DNA of 64,000 nucleotides from assembly GCA_964016885.1 (NCBI GenBank), contig OZ024742.1:133920001-133984000 (forward strand). Reading direction: 5' to 3'. Of this stretch, positions 50,176 to 63,772 are shown piece after piece. Below the pieces are notes generated by a model. That model saw nothing but the letters and a program-made list of their open reading frames with translations, ran no database searches and had not been told where the DNA came from. Numbering within the stretch: the first letter of the stretch is position 1; the number at the start of each line of letters is the position of its first letter. The DNA is from Eledone cirrhosa. Lineage: Eukaryota. The translations under genes and the position numbers were made by a program.

Positions 50176-53100
50176 GAAAGCCACGGTGGACGGAGGCTCG
50201 GCACTGTAAGGGATAGTAATTTTTAACCGCTATAACAATTGTAAATTGTTTAAAACTTGAACCAAATCGTAGACAAAAACACCCTCCTCCTCGTCAGAGG
50301 GGTCTTTCTGTCCGTTATTTGGCACTTCGGAGTTAAATAACCGCTTATTGGGGTTTTGTGCCCAATATTCATTTTAAACCCCCCCCCCTCCCTAAAAAAA
50401 AAAAACATGGCTACAAAACAGAATTTTCACAATTCACTCCCACTCATTCCGTTTTCCTCTTCCTCAATCGTCACTACAACAGAGAGAAGATTGTCTCTCT
50501 CCCTTCTCTAAATGTGGTGTCGCCTCTTTCGCAAGCGACGCCATTAAAGAAAAAGAAAAAATATAGTTTAAGGTAGCTTTCACCAAGAGCACGTGCATTG
50601 CGTGGAACATTTCTCCGCGACGACGACAACGACAAAAAATGTGTGCGGTAAATACGGAAAGCCATTTCATACGTCTGACGTCATGAATAATAGCAGCAGC
50701 AGCCGAAATAACAGCAGCAGCAGCAACAGTGACAAGGAAAACACTATTAGAAGCCGCAACAACATCAGCAGCAACATAAACAACAGCAGCAGCAGCAGCA
50801 ACAGAAACAACAGCAGCAGAAGCAGCAACAACAACCACAGCAACAGCGGCGGCGGCGGCCGTAGTACCAGCAGCAACAACAAAATTAACAGCAGCTCTGA
50901 CAACAACAACAACAACAACAACAAAGAAAAACCAATCTCGTTTGCAGGTATCGCAAAGAATCTGGAAACCATCCTTATAAAAAATGAGGAATTACAGGAA
51001 GCAAAGAAGATGGTGACGAAAGCCGGATACCGAGCAATGTGCAAGGCAGCCGAAACATTTTTCGAAACCCAACAGCACTGTACAGTACGTACCGTACAGT
51101 AAGCACAACATCACGTAGGGTTGAAAAAGCCACAGAGGCTCAAATACAAAATGCCTTAGAGCCTGTGTGGAAGGGGAAAACGCATATCACCCGAGGCAAG
51201 AAATATGCCACCGTGGACGAGCTTTTTTGCCACACTCCAGGAGGCAAAGGCTCAATCCTTAGTGACCCTAAGGAGCGAGGAAATGGTGTTGGTGCCCTCA
51301 TACTGCGGGAAAACAATTGTGAAAGTCAAACTGAAAGGGATGGCCTCTTCTTGGCTGGCCGCGTCTGTCATCGCCGGAATCGAGGACAAAACAACTGTAC
51401 TGCAAGTACAGAAAAATGTAAAGGAAGATTGGGTAGGCACCTCCATTGAGATGTTAATTCAAACCAACCAGGAGTGCATCGAAGCTATCCCGGATGTGAT
51501 AGGCTTCGATAAGGGCACTCAACTGCCCATAAGTGTTGGGAGCAAACGCCCGAAACGCTTTCGCTGTGGGTCGAAGACTCACCTCAGGGCCTTCTGCAAT
51601 GAGAAGAACATGAGAAAGGTGAAAACCCCCCTCCTTCCGAAACCGGCTCCACTGCTACCAGCCACAGGACAGGCGCCAAGCAGCAATGATAGGTCCGTGG
51701 CACCCATACCCACGCTACGGAAATCAAGAACAGCAGCAGCAGTGGAAGTATTAACAATAACAACAGTAATACGACTGCAGCTGCAACAGAGTCTCCACTG
51801 CAACCATCACCAACAAGAACAGGTGAAAGAGTGGAGCTGGTACCCCTCCCCGACCTCACAGAATCGGACATGTTGTATGAAGTGGGAGAGGGATTGCAAA
51901 ATGTAGCAAGAAGGCCCAAACGCAGAAGCAGCGCATCGTCGCCTTCGAAAAGAGAGGGAAGAAATGAAAAAAGGGTAATGGCTACTGCAAAGAGATTTAC
52001 AGCATCAAAACCACCAACAGCATCACCACCCACACTAGCACCACCATCGCCACCGGCGGCAACCCCACCGACAACAACAACAACAACTTCAACACCACCA
52101 CTACAAGCACCAACATCGCAAACACAACAACAAAACACACACACCCAGCAGCAACGACAAGAACATAGCAGAACCACATCCCAACCCCAGAAAAAGAAAT
52201 GCACAGCAATAAATACACACAAGAAAATAATGACTTACATAAATGAACACACAGACATTTCACAGCACGACTACATAATACCAGCACCAATCAAAACACC
52301 AATGAACATAAGACTGGTAAGAATAGCACAGAAACAATACACAAACATTAAAATATAATTCCCCAACGCAGTTGGTGATTTCAGAGACCTAGGAGGGACA
52401 CTCGACCGGAGAGTATATTCGGATATACTCACAGAAGAGCCGACGACCAGCCGAAGGGACGATTCAACGGTCCCTTCACCAGACGATCAAGTGGAAAGGG
52501 ATGGAGAAACCATCCTTCCTCTAAGAGGAGTAAGGTAAGTGGTCTTTCCCATCTGTTCCACTCCATTTCCACATGACCCACTCAGAATAGGCAGCATAAA
52601 TGCGCGTGGCTAGGGGTCGTCATGGAAGCAGGGCCACATGCTCAACGACCTCAGGTCATTAAACATAGAAGTAGTGGCCATCAGCGAGATCAGAATCTCC
52701 GAAGCACGGGCCTTCGCACCGATCTTCGGCGGCTACGATGTGTACGCATCTCCAAGCTGTACTGGATAGGGAGGGGTGGAGTTGCTGTTCTTTTTCGGAG
52801 AGGTTTGGATCTCGCCATACGGGCCATATTCCTGGACCCAGAATGTAAGTTGGTGTTGCAGGACGTGACCAGCGGAGACGGGCAAGCTTTCAGGCTAGTG
52901 GCCGTCTATGCCCCGACAGGAGTAAGGCGGCCTGATTTCTTCCGGCGTCGGATACCTTTCTAGGAACGTCCCGCCCTTTAGTGTTAGTGGGCTACTGGAA
53001 CGGGATCTTAGATGCACGCTGCGACTGTGTGGGATTAGCGGATAGGGGATGAGGGTGCAAGAGCCTCACCAACCTGCTCAGGGGTTTTGAACTGTCTGAC

Positions 53101-55674
53101 AGGTACCGATTGGATTTCCCGAATGTGCCAATCTGGACTTGGACAAATCGCATCGGGTCATCCAGATCAGATCTAGATAGAGTATTTTGTAGGGAAATAG
53201 ATAGGTCTAGTATAGGCTGTTCACAATTAGATAGTCAGCTACACGGACCACAAATTCGTGATCTGTGTGCTTGTCTTAGATAGGCTTCATAGACGAGGAC
53301 CCGGCTACTGGAAGCTAAACACGTCCTTACCACCGCGCAAGGCCTACAGAGACCGGATTAGCGAACTAGTTAAGCGAGCGTTGACGGAGGACATCGTCAA
53401 CAACAAGAGGTGGTTTGCTCTGAAAAGAGCGATTAGAATAGAGTCCATTAGGTTTAGTAAGGCTTTAGCTATAGAGAAAAATAGAGCAGAGGGAGAACTA
53501 GATAGAAAATTAGACCAGAAAATTAGACCAACGTACTTGCGGCGAAATTGGCCCTTGACCAATTCTTCAATAGAAAGCACGAAGGCTGCGTTGTTAGAGT
53601 TTGGGTGCGTGCACTCAGACATGACGGGAAGGAAGCCGTTCAATAAGCCCGAGTGGCGGAGGCGCATCGTGGCAACAAAGCCACGATCCGGTCTTTGGTG
53701 GACCACGACGGGCACATGCTACTCGATCCCGGGCAAATGTGTGAAGCTTTTCAGCGACACTTGGCTCAGCTGTTCTGGGGAAGCGTGGGCCGGATGGAGG
53801 GATGGTCTTTAGTGTCTACCTCGACGGACTGCCGCGGCTCTCGGTCACTGCGGCGGAGTGTTGCGAAAAGCCGATAAGAGCCGCTGAAGTACGGGATGCA
53901 ATGACTTGCTGCACAAGGGGTAAATCGACTGGTTTGAATGGTCTGCCTTATGAACTTTACGTACAGGGGCCAGACTTGTTCGGACGCCTCTTGGCGGACG
54001 GCTACTGCAACTGGCAACAGAACGGGAGAATTCCCAACTATGTGTGCCGAGGAGCAGTGGCGCTGCTGAGAAAGGACCCGAACAGGGGGATAACAGATTA
54101 ATTTAGGCCCATAACTCTGCTAAACACAGAGTTCAAGATTTTGGTCAAGGTTTTAGCAAAGAGGTTGGCGCTTGTCGTTGGTGTCTGGTGGGAGAAGCGC
54201 AGACATGCGCCATTCCCGACAGATCCCTCCACGACAACCTCCACCTCATGCGTTACATCGTAGCGAGGTTAGCTAGGGAACCTGGCTCGGGTGGGTCCTT
54301 GATCAATTTACATCAGTCGAAAGCTCTCGATTGGTTCGACCATCGTTACCTAGCGGCAGTCCTGAGGGCGGTTGGCTTTGGGCCCGTCTTCAGAGGCTGG
54401 ATCGCTGCCATGCACAGCGACATCTGCTCTGTGGTGAGAGTGAACGGTCATCTTTCGGAACCGTTCAACATCATGCGCTCGGTCCGCCAAGAATGTCCCC
54501 TCTCGTCCCTCTTGTACGAATTGACTCTCGAGCCATTACTGCACAAACTGGAGACGTTGAGAGGGGTCCCGCGTGAACTAGGATGCGGAAGATCCGTGTC
54601 AGCATATGCGGACGATGTCACCGTAGTGGTGTCGAACGCCAAACACATCGAGGCGATCGGCACTACACTAAGAGAGTACGAAGTGGTGACAGGAGCAATG
54701 ATCAACCAGGAAAAGTCAGTGGGCCAGCAAGCCGGCACCTGGAGAGGCAGGTCCATGCCGTCCAACAGCATCGTCGGGCGCTGGACGGACGGACCGGTTA
54801 AATTGCTCGGGGTCTGGTTCTGTCCGGATCTCCAGACGGACAAAAACTGGGACGAGGTGACGAGCAGTGTGGCTTCTCTCACCCAGAAATGGGCCGAGAG
54901 GAAGCTATCCCTGAAAGGTCGAGCGGAGGTTGCTAACGCGTATATCGCGTCCGTCATCTACTACCCCCTGACCGTCGTAACTAGTCCTAAGCCCCGCCTG
55001 ACTGCGCTGGAGCGTTTGCTCCTTCGCTTGTTGTGGAAGGGACGCGCTCCGATGGTCAGGCGGCCCATCTGCTGTCAACACCCGCTACGTGGAGGGCTGG
55101 GAATGCCCTCCACGTAGCGGATCCAGCTATCAGCTGAGTCCATCGTGAGGATTGTCCCGCCCTCTTCCTTTAGCCGGGAAGCGCAAGCAGTTTTTATATG
55201 TCTGCTGGCCATGGCGAAAGAGATAGTATGGTGGTCACGTTTGAAAGGGCTGAAGACGAGCACTTACCTCTTCGGTGATGCCCTGATTAACTTTTTCAAA
55301 TTTCATTTGAAAAGGAAAATCAGGGTAGAGAGGGAAGTGTCCTCTTCCCAGCATTTTGTTGAAAGATGGGTGAGAGAGGCAAGAATGGCCCGACTGAATG
55401 GGCCTACTCTGAGTATGTGTCTGTAAATTAAAGGTGGAAAACTGGGAGAGGGCACTTGCCCTGGTGGTCACGGTCACTGTGGCTTTTTAATGGGATTTCT
55501 CCACGAATGTCCCTCGGAAATCTCCCCCTTATTGGGGAATTTTTTCATTGTTCTATTATTACATCCTCTGTATCTTGATTTTTACACGCAGAAATGCCCA
55601 TTTGTACCGTCCTGTTTTGTCCTGTACTGCCCTTAATGTCTACTTTATGTAAACCCTTGTGGTCAATAAAGAAA

Positions 55675-55677
<3 letters not shown>
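50176..55677 (+). mobile_element. Tx1 subfamily C, near full length, decayed
   Basis: Starts after (TTA)n. ORF1 runs about 50407-52538 (poly-N/S, CGSKTHLRAFC) and ORF2 about 52573-55426 (RT SVRQECPLS, SAYADDV). A ~0.5 kb deletion at about 55110 removes the CCHC region. Ends aataaagaaatc-(ATT)n. Confidence 0.93.
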
Positions 55678-55709
<32 letters not shown>

Positions 55710-58700
55710 GGTCTAAGCGGGCGTATTTTGCTCTCTCACAGTAAGTCGCTTTATTTGCCTCTTTAAATTATTTGTTGTCAAATATTTCTTGTTGTGTAAG
55801 GATATAAGCCCTTAGACTTTGCCCCGTGAAGGGGAAGGTATAATATTTGGGCCTTTTGGCCAAATATTTGAACTTTTTTTACATTTTACAAAATTTACGA
55901 AGAAAAAAAAAACATTGCTGAGCCACGCTCCCCAGCGATATATCGGCTGTCGTGCGACAACGACGTAGAAGTTGAGAGGAGCGCTACAGCGAAATTAACA
56001 CACATTGATAACACAAACACCACCACAAACAATGTAAACAAAGACACCAATGATACCAATAAAAACTCTAAGTTTGAAAAAAATTACAGTAACAGGAACA
56101 AGAAAATACAGATAACAAAAATAAAAATAACAAATACAACAACAATATCAACACCACTAACATGAAAACAAATAGCGACAACACCAACAGCAACAATACC
56201 GACTGCACCGAGAACAGCGGTGGCAACAAAGACAACAATGATAACAGCGACAGCGCTAACAACAACACCAACAAGGACAACGTCAACAACACCCCCAACT
56301 AATACAAGACCACTTTCGCTGCGGCAGCAGCGAAAAAGAGGCCATGCTTTCAACATGGACCTCTCAAACAAAGATGAAAAGTTGGCCCAGGCATGGAAGC
56401 TCATCAAGCAAGAGCAAACTTGGGCCAACTTAACTGTCCCGGTAGAAGCTATTGAGGCAGTGGAGTGTAAAACGGTGCATTATAGATGCATCTCAGCACA
56501 AACCAAAAGGGCAGCGTTAATCCCACAAGAAGATGTCGAAGTCGCGCTGAGGTCCATCAGAGAAGACACCCAGTACATAGAGAGGGGCAGACAGTACGGC
56601 ACCATTTCGGTGTTGTTCAAGTCAGAAGCCCTCGCTATGAAACACGCTATGACTCCTTGCAAAACCAGCAAGGTCATAATGTACCCCTCCCACATAGGAA
56701 AAAGAACGGCCCGTTTCCGCATTCCCAGAATCCCACCAGGACTTGACATGTGGTGGCTTCTGGGATGTGTTATTGTGGAGGGGACGGATACAGTCCCTAT
56801 AGAAGTGACCAGAACGGCCAGAGCGGACTGCTCCGGGGTTGACCTGGAGATCCTTCTACAGATCAGGCCCGAAAATGTGAAGACAATCCCGGACCACATC
56901 CGCCTTCAGAATGGGACTGTCATTCACATTATGACCGAAGGCTAAAGGCCGCAGTGTTTTGTTTGTGGGGAAAAAACCTATTTGCGAGCCTTCCCCCTCA
57001 ACTGCTGAAAGAGGCAAGGGGTCGAAAGGCACCACTGCTGCCGACGCCGGGCTGAGGACCACAACCAACACCTGCACCGGCAAAACCACCAACAACAACA
57101 CTAATAGAAAGACCACCACCAACATTGACCACCCAGCGGGGAAACGAGGAAAGCTGTCAAATTCCTCCTCCCCCTAAAAATACACACACCAATAAAACCT
57201 TAAGCATACAAACAGACACAATTACAGACACAGACCCCTCATCTACCAGTAGTGAAAATGAGGGAAATCCAAAATCCCCCAAAATACAAAGAAGGAAACA
57301 CAAAAAGAAAGAAAAAACTCAACAAAGCACAAAAGCACCCACAATAAAAAACGCAGACACGACCCACGCAAACATCTCTCCAATAAAACCAGCATCATCA
57401 CCACCATCACCATCACTAGAATCCCCCAAACTCAAACAACCGAAACAGACGCAAGAACAAATATACACAAAAACATCTGAAACCACAGACACCGCACTCA
57501 CAACAAACACAGATACAACCGAAAGAACACCACCAAAACCATCACCACCACAGCCACCCAAACAAATAAATTCACACCAACAAAACATACAAAACTGTTT
57601 GCTCGTCAGGAGGGCCCACAACGAACTGATGGCTCTCGTAGCACGAAGTGAAAATATACAAAAAGAGGGGGAAATTTTTAAATCGAGAACATTTCGCGTG
57701 CCGGAATATTTGGTTCTGGTGCGAATGTCGCTCGACATATTCAAAGAAACACGAGACAGCTTTCCTCGGGACGTGGGAACCCCGAACGTAAAACCCACTT
57801 CTAGACTTTTAAAGGGGTTCCCAAAAGAAACCCCACTAACTATGGAGGTCGAACAACCCGACCTTCACAAGAGCTCGGAAGGTAAGTAAACCTTCCTCTC
57901 TCTCCGTTTAACCTACCAACATGGCCGTATTAAGAGTAGGATGTTTAAATGTTCGAGGCCTGGGATCGTCCTGGTAGCAGGGTCAACTGCTCAACGACCT
58001 CAGGTCTATGGAAATGGATGTAATTGCAGTCAGCGAGACCAGAATTTCTGACACGCGCGCACTAGCCCCCATTTTGGACGGCTATCAGATCTTTGCATCT
58101 GTTAGCCGGCCGGGAATGGGAGGCGGGGTGGCAGTGCTGTTTAGGAAAGGCCTGGGTCTCGAGGTAAGGTCGAACTTCCGGGACCCGGACGGGAAGTTAG
58201 TGGTCCTGGACGGGAAGTTGGTGGTCCTGGACGTGAACAATAATGAAGGTGGTGCCTTTAGACTGGTGGCCGTCTATGCTCCTACTGGGGAAGGACGGCC
58301 GGACTTCTTTAGACGCGTGGAAGCCTTTCTGAGTACGTCTCGGCCTTTACTGTTAGCGGGGGACTGGAACGGCATCTTAAACGCACGCTGGGACTGTGTG
58401 GGAGTATCCGATAGGAGAGAGGGGTGCAAAAGCCTCAAGAACCTGATCAGCCAGTTCCAACTGTCTGACAGGTACCGACTAGATTTCCCTAATGCGCCAG
58501 TGTGGACCTGGGCTAACCGCATAGGGTCATCTAGATCGTATATAGACAGGATATTAATTAGGAAAATAGACAGAAATTGTGTAAGCTGTCCACGTTTTGA
58601 AACGGTCGCCTATTCAGATCACAAGGTTGTGATCTGTATGGTCGACCTAGATAAGACGCCTAGGTTGGCACCTGGTTACTGGAAGCTAAACATGTCATTT

Positions 58701-61577
58701 CCGGCACGTAAGGCTTACAGGGACCAGGTCAACAATTTAGTTAAGAAAATATTGACAGGGGGAGTCGTCAACAATAGATGGTGGGGGGCTCTCAAAAGAG
58801 AGATTAGAGTAATGTCGATAGAGTTTAGCAAAAAAGTAGCATTAGATAAAAATAGAAAGGAGGGGAGTTGGTAGATAAGTTAGACGAGGCTATTGGTAGT
58901 GGCATTGCAACTGCTGTGCTAGCGGCGAGAATGGCATTAGACCATTTCTTCAATGCCAAACACGAAGGTTGCATTGTCAGAGCTAAGGCGCGTGCTCTGA
59001 GAAACGAGGGCACCAAAGCTGTTCGATGGGCCCGCGTGGCAGATGCGCAGCGTGGTAATAAAACCACGTTTCGGTCTTTGACGGACCGAGACGGGCACGA
59101 GCTGAGCGATTCCAAGAGGATGTGTGAGGCCTTTCGCCAACATTTTGCTCGGTTGTTCGGGGGAAGTGGCGGGTCAGAGATGGTGGCGGACTTCAGTCCC
59201 TACCTCGATGGCTTGCCGCAACACTCGACGGCTGACGCTGGGCGCTGCAAAAGGCCAAATCCTTCAGCCGAGATTCAGTATGCCCTTGTAGGCTGCATGA
59301 GGCGAAAGTCACCCGGTTTGGATGGTCTGCCCTACGAGCTTCACGTAAATATGCCAGACTTGTTCTCCAATCTCCTCGAAGCACTCTACTGCAACTGGCA
59401 GCAGAACGAGAGTATTCCCAGTTCTGTGAGCCGGGGCGTAGTGACGCTGATAAGGAAAGACGAGAACAACAGGGACACATTAGACAATTTCAGGCCCATA
59501 ACTCTGCCCAAACAGAGTTTAAGATTTTGGCCAGGGTGTTAGCGAAGAGATTGGCGCTTGTCGTCGGGGATTTGGTTGGGGAGGCGCAAACTTGCGCAAT
59601 CCCAACAAGGTACAAACACGACAACCTCCACCTAATGCGATACATCATAGAGAGGGTAGGGTGTAAACCTGGCTTCGGTGGGGCTCTGATCAATTTAGAT
59701 CAATCGAAAGCGGCTGGCTTCGGCCCCGTCTTCAGAAGCTGGATCGCTGCAATGCACAGCGGCACCTGCTCGATGGTAAAAATTAATGCCCACCTCTCGG
59801 AACCGTTTCGGTCTCCCGATCGGTCCGTCAAGGGTGCCCTCTCTCCTCCCTTCTGTACATATTGACTTTCGAGCCTTTACTGCGGAAGCTGGAGTTGTTG
59901 CAGGGCATTCCGCTCGAACCGGGACGCGGAAAGGCTGTGTCGGCTTATGCGGACGACATCACCGTGATGGTGTCGGACACCTCAGAAATCGAGGTGGTCG
60001 GCAACTTATTGGAGGAATATGAAAGGTTGACAGTAGCAAAACTTAACTCGCAAAAGTCAGTAGGCTTGCAACTCGGCACATGGAGAGGCAAGTCCATGCC
60101 GTCCAACAGCGTCGTTAGGCGCTGGACGGACGGACCGGTAGTGTTGCTAGGGGTTTGGTTCGGGCCAGACCTCCAGGTGGTTAATAATTGGGACGAGGTG
60201 ACGGGCAGGGTAGTCAGTCTCACCCAGAAATGGGCTGGGATGAAGCTATCACTGAAAGGTCGGGCGGAGGTGGCGAACGCGTACATGGCGTCCGTCATCT
60301 AATACCGTCTGACTATCGTCCCTTGCCCCCGTTCGCGCCTCGCCATCTTGGAGCGGCTCCTCTTCAAATTCCTGAGGAGGGGTCAGGTTCCGCTGGTGAG
60401 GCGGTCCATCTGCTGCCAGCACCCTCTACGTAGAGGGCTGGGCATGCCGTGGATAATGATGCGAAGGCATGCGCTGAGGCTGCGACATCTCCAGCTATTC
60501 TGCCTAAACGGTGAGCAGGTGTGTCAGACGGGCCTTTCCGCACCTCGTTTCTTTGACTGAGTTGCAGTCCTGGGTCAAAAAGAGACCGAGACTGGGTGAC
60601 TGGCATCTGGAATGTTGCCAGGCACTCACTGCCCTCTACCAGGCGGGCAATGCGGTCAGTGGAACTTCCACTCTCGAGTTATATAGAGGATTAGTGGTGG
60701 GCAAGTGTGACGACGCACTCGGAGAGGCTCTGGGAGTCAACGAAGTCGAACTAACCAGTCTGTACCGGAGGACTTTCGAGCCGGGGACGATGGATAATTT
60801 CCAAAAATCCCTCGCTTGGCAGTGCTACCGGGGGGCACTGCCGGTTCGAGATAAACTCTGCAGGCACGGAAGTGCTGTCAGACCGACCTGCCCGAGATGC
60901 GCGCAGAGCGACGAAACTGTTCTGCACCCACTCGTCCAGTGTCCGTGCATTACTGACTTGTGGAGTTATGTTGAATAGCTGTTGTCGCGTGTAGAACGGA
61001 TCCAACTATCGGCCGAGTCCATAGTGAAGATCGACCCGCCGCCATCTTTTGGCCACGAAACGCAGGCAATTATCCTCTGTCTGGTGGCAGTAGCGAAAGA
61101 GGTTGTATGGTGGACGAGGTTGAAAGGACTGAAGACAGACACTTTTCTCTTCGGCCAATAACTCATAAACGTTTTCAAGTTTCACTTGGAAAGGAAGGTG
61201 AGGGTGGAGAGAGAAGTGCTGCCCCCCAGTACATTTGCTGAAAGGTGGGTGAATGTGGCGAGAATGGCCCGTGTGAGTGGGCCTACTCTGGTCATGCGGC
61301 TGCAGGTAGGTAAATTTGAAGAGGAGAGGGGTGCCCTTCCAAGGTGCTCTCGAAGCGTCGGGTCGTTCAGGACTGGTGGGGTACCTGAGCGAACCCTAGG
61401 TGGTCATCCCCCCTATTGGGGAATATTTTCTTGTTGTAATTTTCTTGTTATTTTATTGTTACTTTGTTATTGTTACTTTGTTTATTCATATTGTTTACTC
61501 GATTTTTCTGTAAATCCCCACTGTCGCAGTCTTTTGTATTGTCCCCTATATATCGGCTCTTGTGGCCAATAAATGAA
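55710..61577 (+). mobile_element. Tx1 subfamily B, full length, decayed
   Basis: Starts after (TTA)n with a 5' UTR homologous to 1274-1560. ORF1 runs to 57889 and ORF2 from 57921 (APE, RT SAYADDI, CPRCAQSDETVLHPLVQC). Ends aataaatgaa-(ATT)n. Confidence 0.93.
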
Positions 61578-61625
<48 letters not shown>

Positions 61626-62324
61626 TTTGAATTAAAAGTCACATAAATAGTACAGGGGATAATTTGTGAAGAGTGCAAACATACATAGTTACGTAGGTAA
61701 CATATTAAAAATTAAACAAGAATCTAAAATATAGATACCTCTCAATAAAGATTAATCTGTTTTGTATATATTCCATTGAAGAAAAATACTTCACCATTAA
61801 TCAATGAATCACAGATGTTAAATCTTGGATCATCGGCAAAGGAGAAAATTTAACTATCTAGGATACACACTACTAGCAAATCATTGAATGACGGCGTGAA
61901 AGTACGTGTAGTTTAAAAATACATGTCATCCCGCCGCCAACCCTATGACGTGAAAAGAGTTATCGACAGCTAGAAATAACAGCCGAAACCTTTCAACATA
62001 ATCAGCTCTACTAAAATATAGCTAGGAGCTGTACATATCAAAATTAGATTAAGGAAGTCGTGTCTGAAAGTATCAGAAACATGCGCCATATCACCTGTGG
62101 AAATAAGCTCCAAGATTTCAGGTAGTAAATTCGAGCATTTACATTGAATTAAATGTAAGATGACGTATGTATGTAAAATAAACACATCAAAGAGTGCAGG
62201 GGTTAATTTTGGAAGCGTGCAAATACACATAGTTACGTAGACAACATAGTAAAAATTAAAAGAATATCTAGACATAACTGCCTTAATGTAATTTTTGATA
62301 TATACATATATATATATATAAATA

Positions 62325-62372
<48 letters not shown>

Positions 62373-62387
62373 TATATGTGTATATAT

Positions 62388-62438
<51 letters not shown>

Positions 62439-62455
62439 AACACACACCCACACTC

Positions 62456-62506
<51 letters not shown>

Positions 62507-62602
62507 GGAGGTGAGTTTTATTGTAGCACTGCAATAAAGCAATGCAAATATCGGATATGTAGCACTCTACAGTTTGTAGGACTGGAGTATGAATAATCTA
62601 AC

Positions 62603-62703
62603 ATCAAAAGATGGTTAAAAGAGTTCCAAGTATTTTATTATGCGCATTTCAAAAACAAATGCGCATAATAAAATACTTGGACCTCTTTTAACCATCTTTT
62701 GAT
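62603..62703. repeat. Near-perfect fold-back inverted repeat (47-bp arms, 7-nt loop)
   Basis: atcaaaagatggttaaaagag.tccaagtattttattatgcgcattt / aaatgcgcataataaaatacttgga.ctcttttaaccatcttttgat. Confidence 0.92.
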
Positions 62704-62705
62704 CT

Positions 62706-62736
<31 letters not shown>

Positions 62737-62739
<3 letters not shown>

Positions 62740-62819
62740 AGATAAATCTACCAAGAGTTTACGGTAGTGTCCAATCCGTATGAAGAACTCAATTATTCAT
62801 TATTTTTTAAATATTTTAT
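62737..62819. mobile_element. 83-bp two-ended mini-insertion of PLE family 1 in (TA)n
   Basis: 62737-62793 = 28341-28397 (reverse complement of the long 3' end). 62793-62819 matches 34628-34654 at 25/27 (short 3' end). Confidence 0.85.
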
Positions 62820-63295
62820 ATATATATATATATATATACATGCAGAGAGAGAGGGAGGGATATAGAGACAGAGGGAGGGACAGATAGAGAGGGGGAGAGA
62901 GAGGGAGGGAGAGAGAGAGAGTGAGATACATATTATTGTACGTTTGTGAGTGGGGCCGTATACGTGCTTAAGTTGTTTGCTGTGATACGCGTTGTCGTAG
63001 GGAAATATTTTCGACAACTACAGATCGAAGAAATACGTACCAGATTGTAAAAGTTACAAAATGATGAACATAAACTTTTAAACTGATTACCTTAGTATGG
63101 CCCCTGTACGACTGGAATAAGTACACATATACACACATACTTTATCTTGCGGATACACACGCGTGTATTGTAAGTGTATATATATATATACATACACACA
63201 TACACATATATGTATATGTATATATATATATGTCCCAAGGCTCTGATACCATCAACACTATAAACACTGAGCTGGCATATCTAAGTACTGACTAA

Positions 63296-63349
63296 CTGCC
63301 TGATGAGGTCATAGGCATTCAATGGCTATCATCGAAATATATATAGCAG
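63296..63349 (+). ncRNA. Minimal type I hammerhead ribozyme (PLE-type) in a solitary insert between (TA)n tracts
   Basis: ctgc-CTGATGA-ggt.atag.cat(tca)atg.ctat.atc-GAAA-tatata-TA-gcag: canonical core and palindromic stem III. Confidence 0.72.
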
Positions 63350-63398
63350 CCAATAAAGGATTATGAGTTCATGCAATTGACTTATGTTTCGTCACTAT

Positions 63399-63492
<94 letters not shown>

Positions 63493-63740
63493 ATATTAAA
63501 TATATGGAAAGTATATTTATAAAACCATATTTATTTTATTATATATATTTCAAGGGCAACCAACATTGTTACGCTTTCATCAGATAAAATATAAAGTTTG
63601 TTTTATAAATAGAGACATACCCATGAAAATTATACCTAATCGGTTGGAAATTCACTGGATATTTAACTGTTGAGTGCTCTAAATCAGTTATAAATATTTA
63701 TGTTTGTCGGACTTCCAACAAATTAAATACAACTTCTACT

Positions 63741-63772
<32 letters not shown>

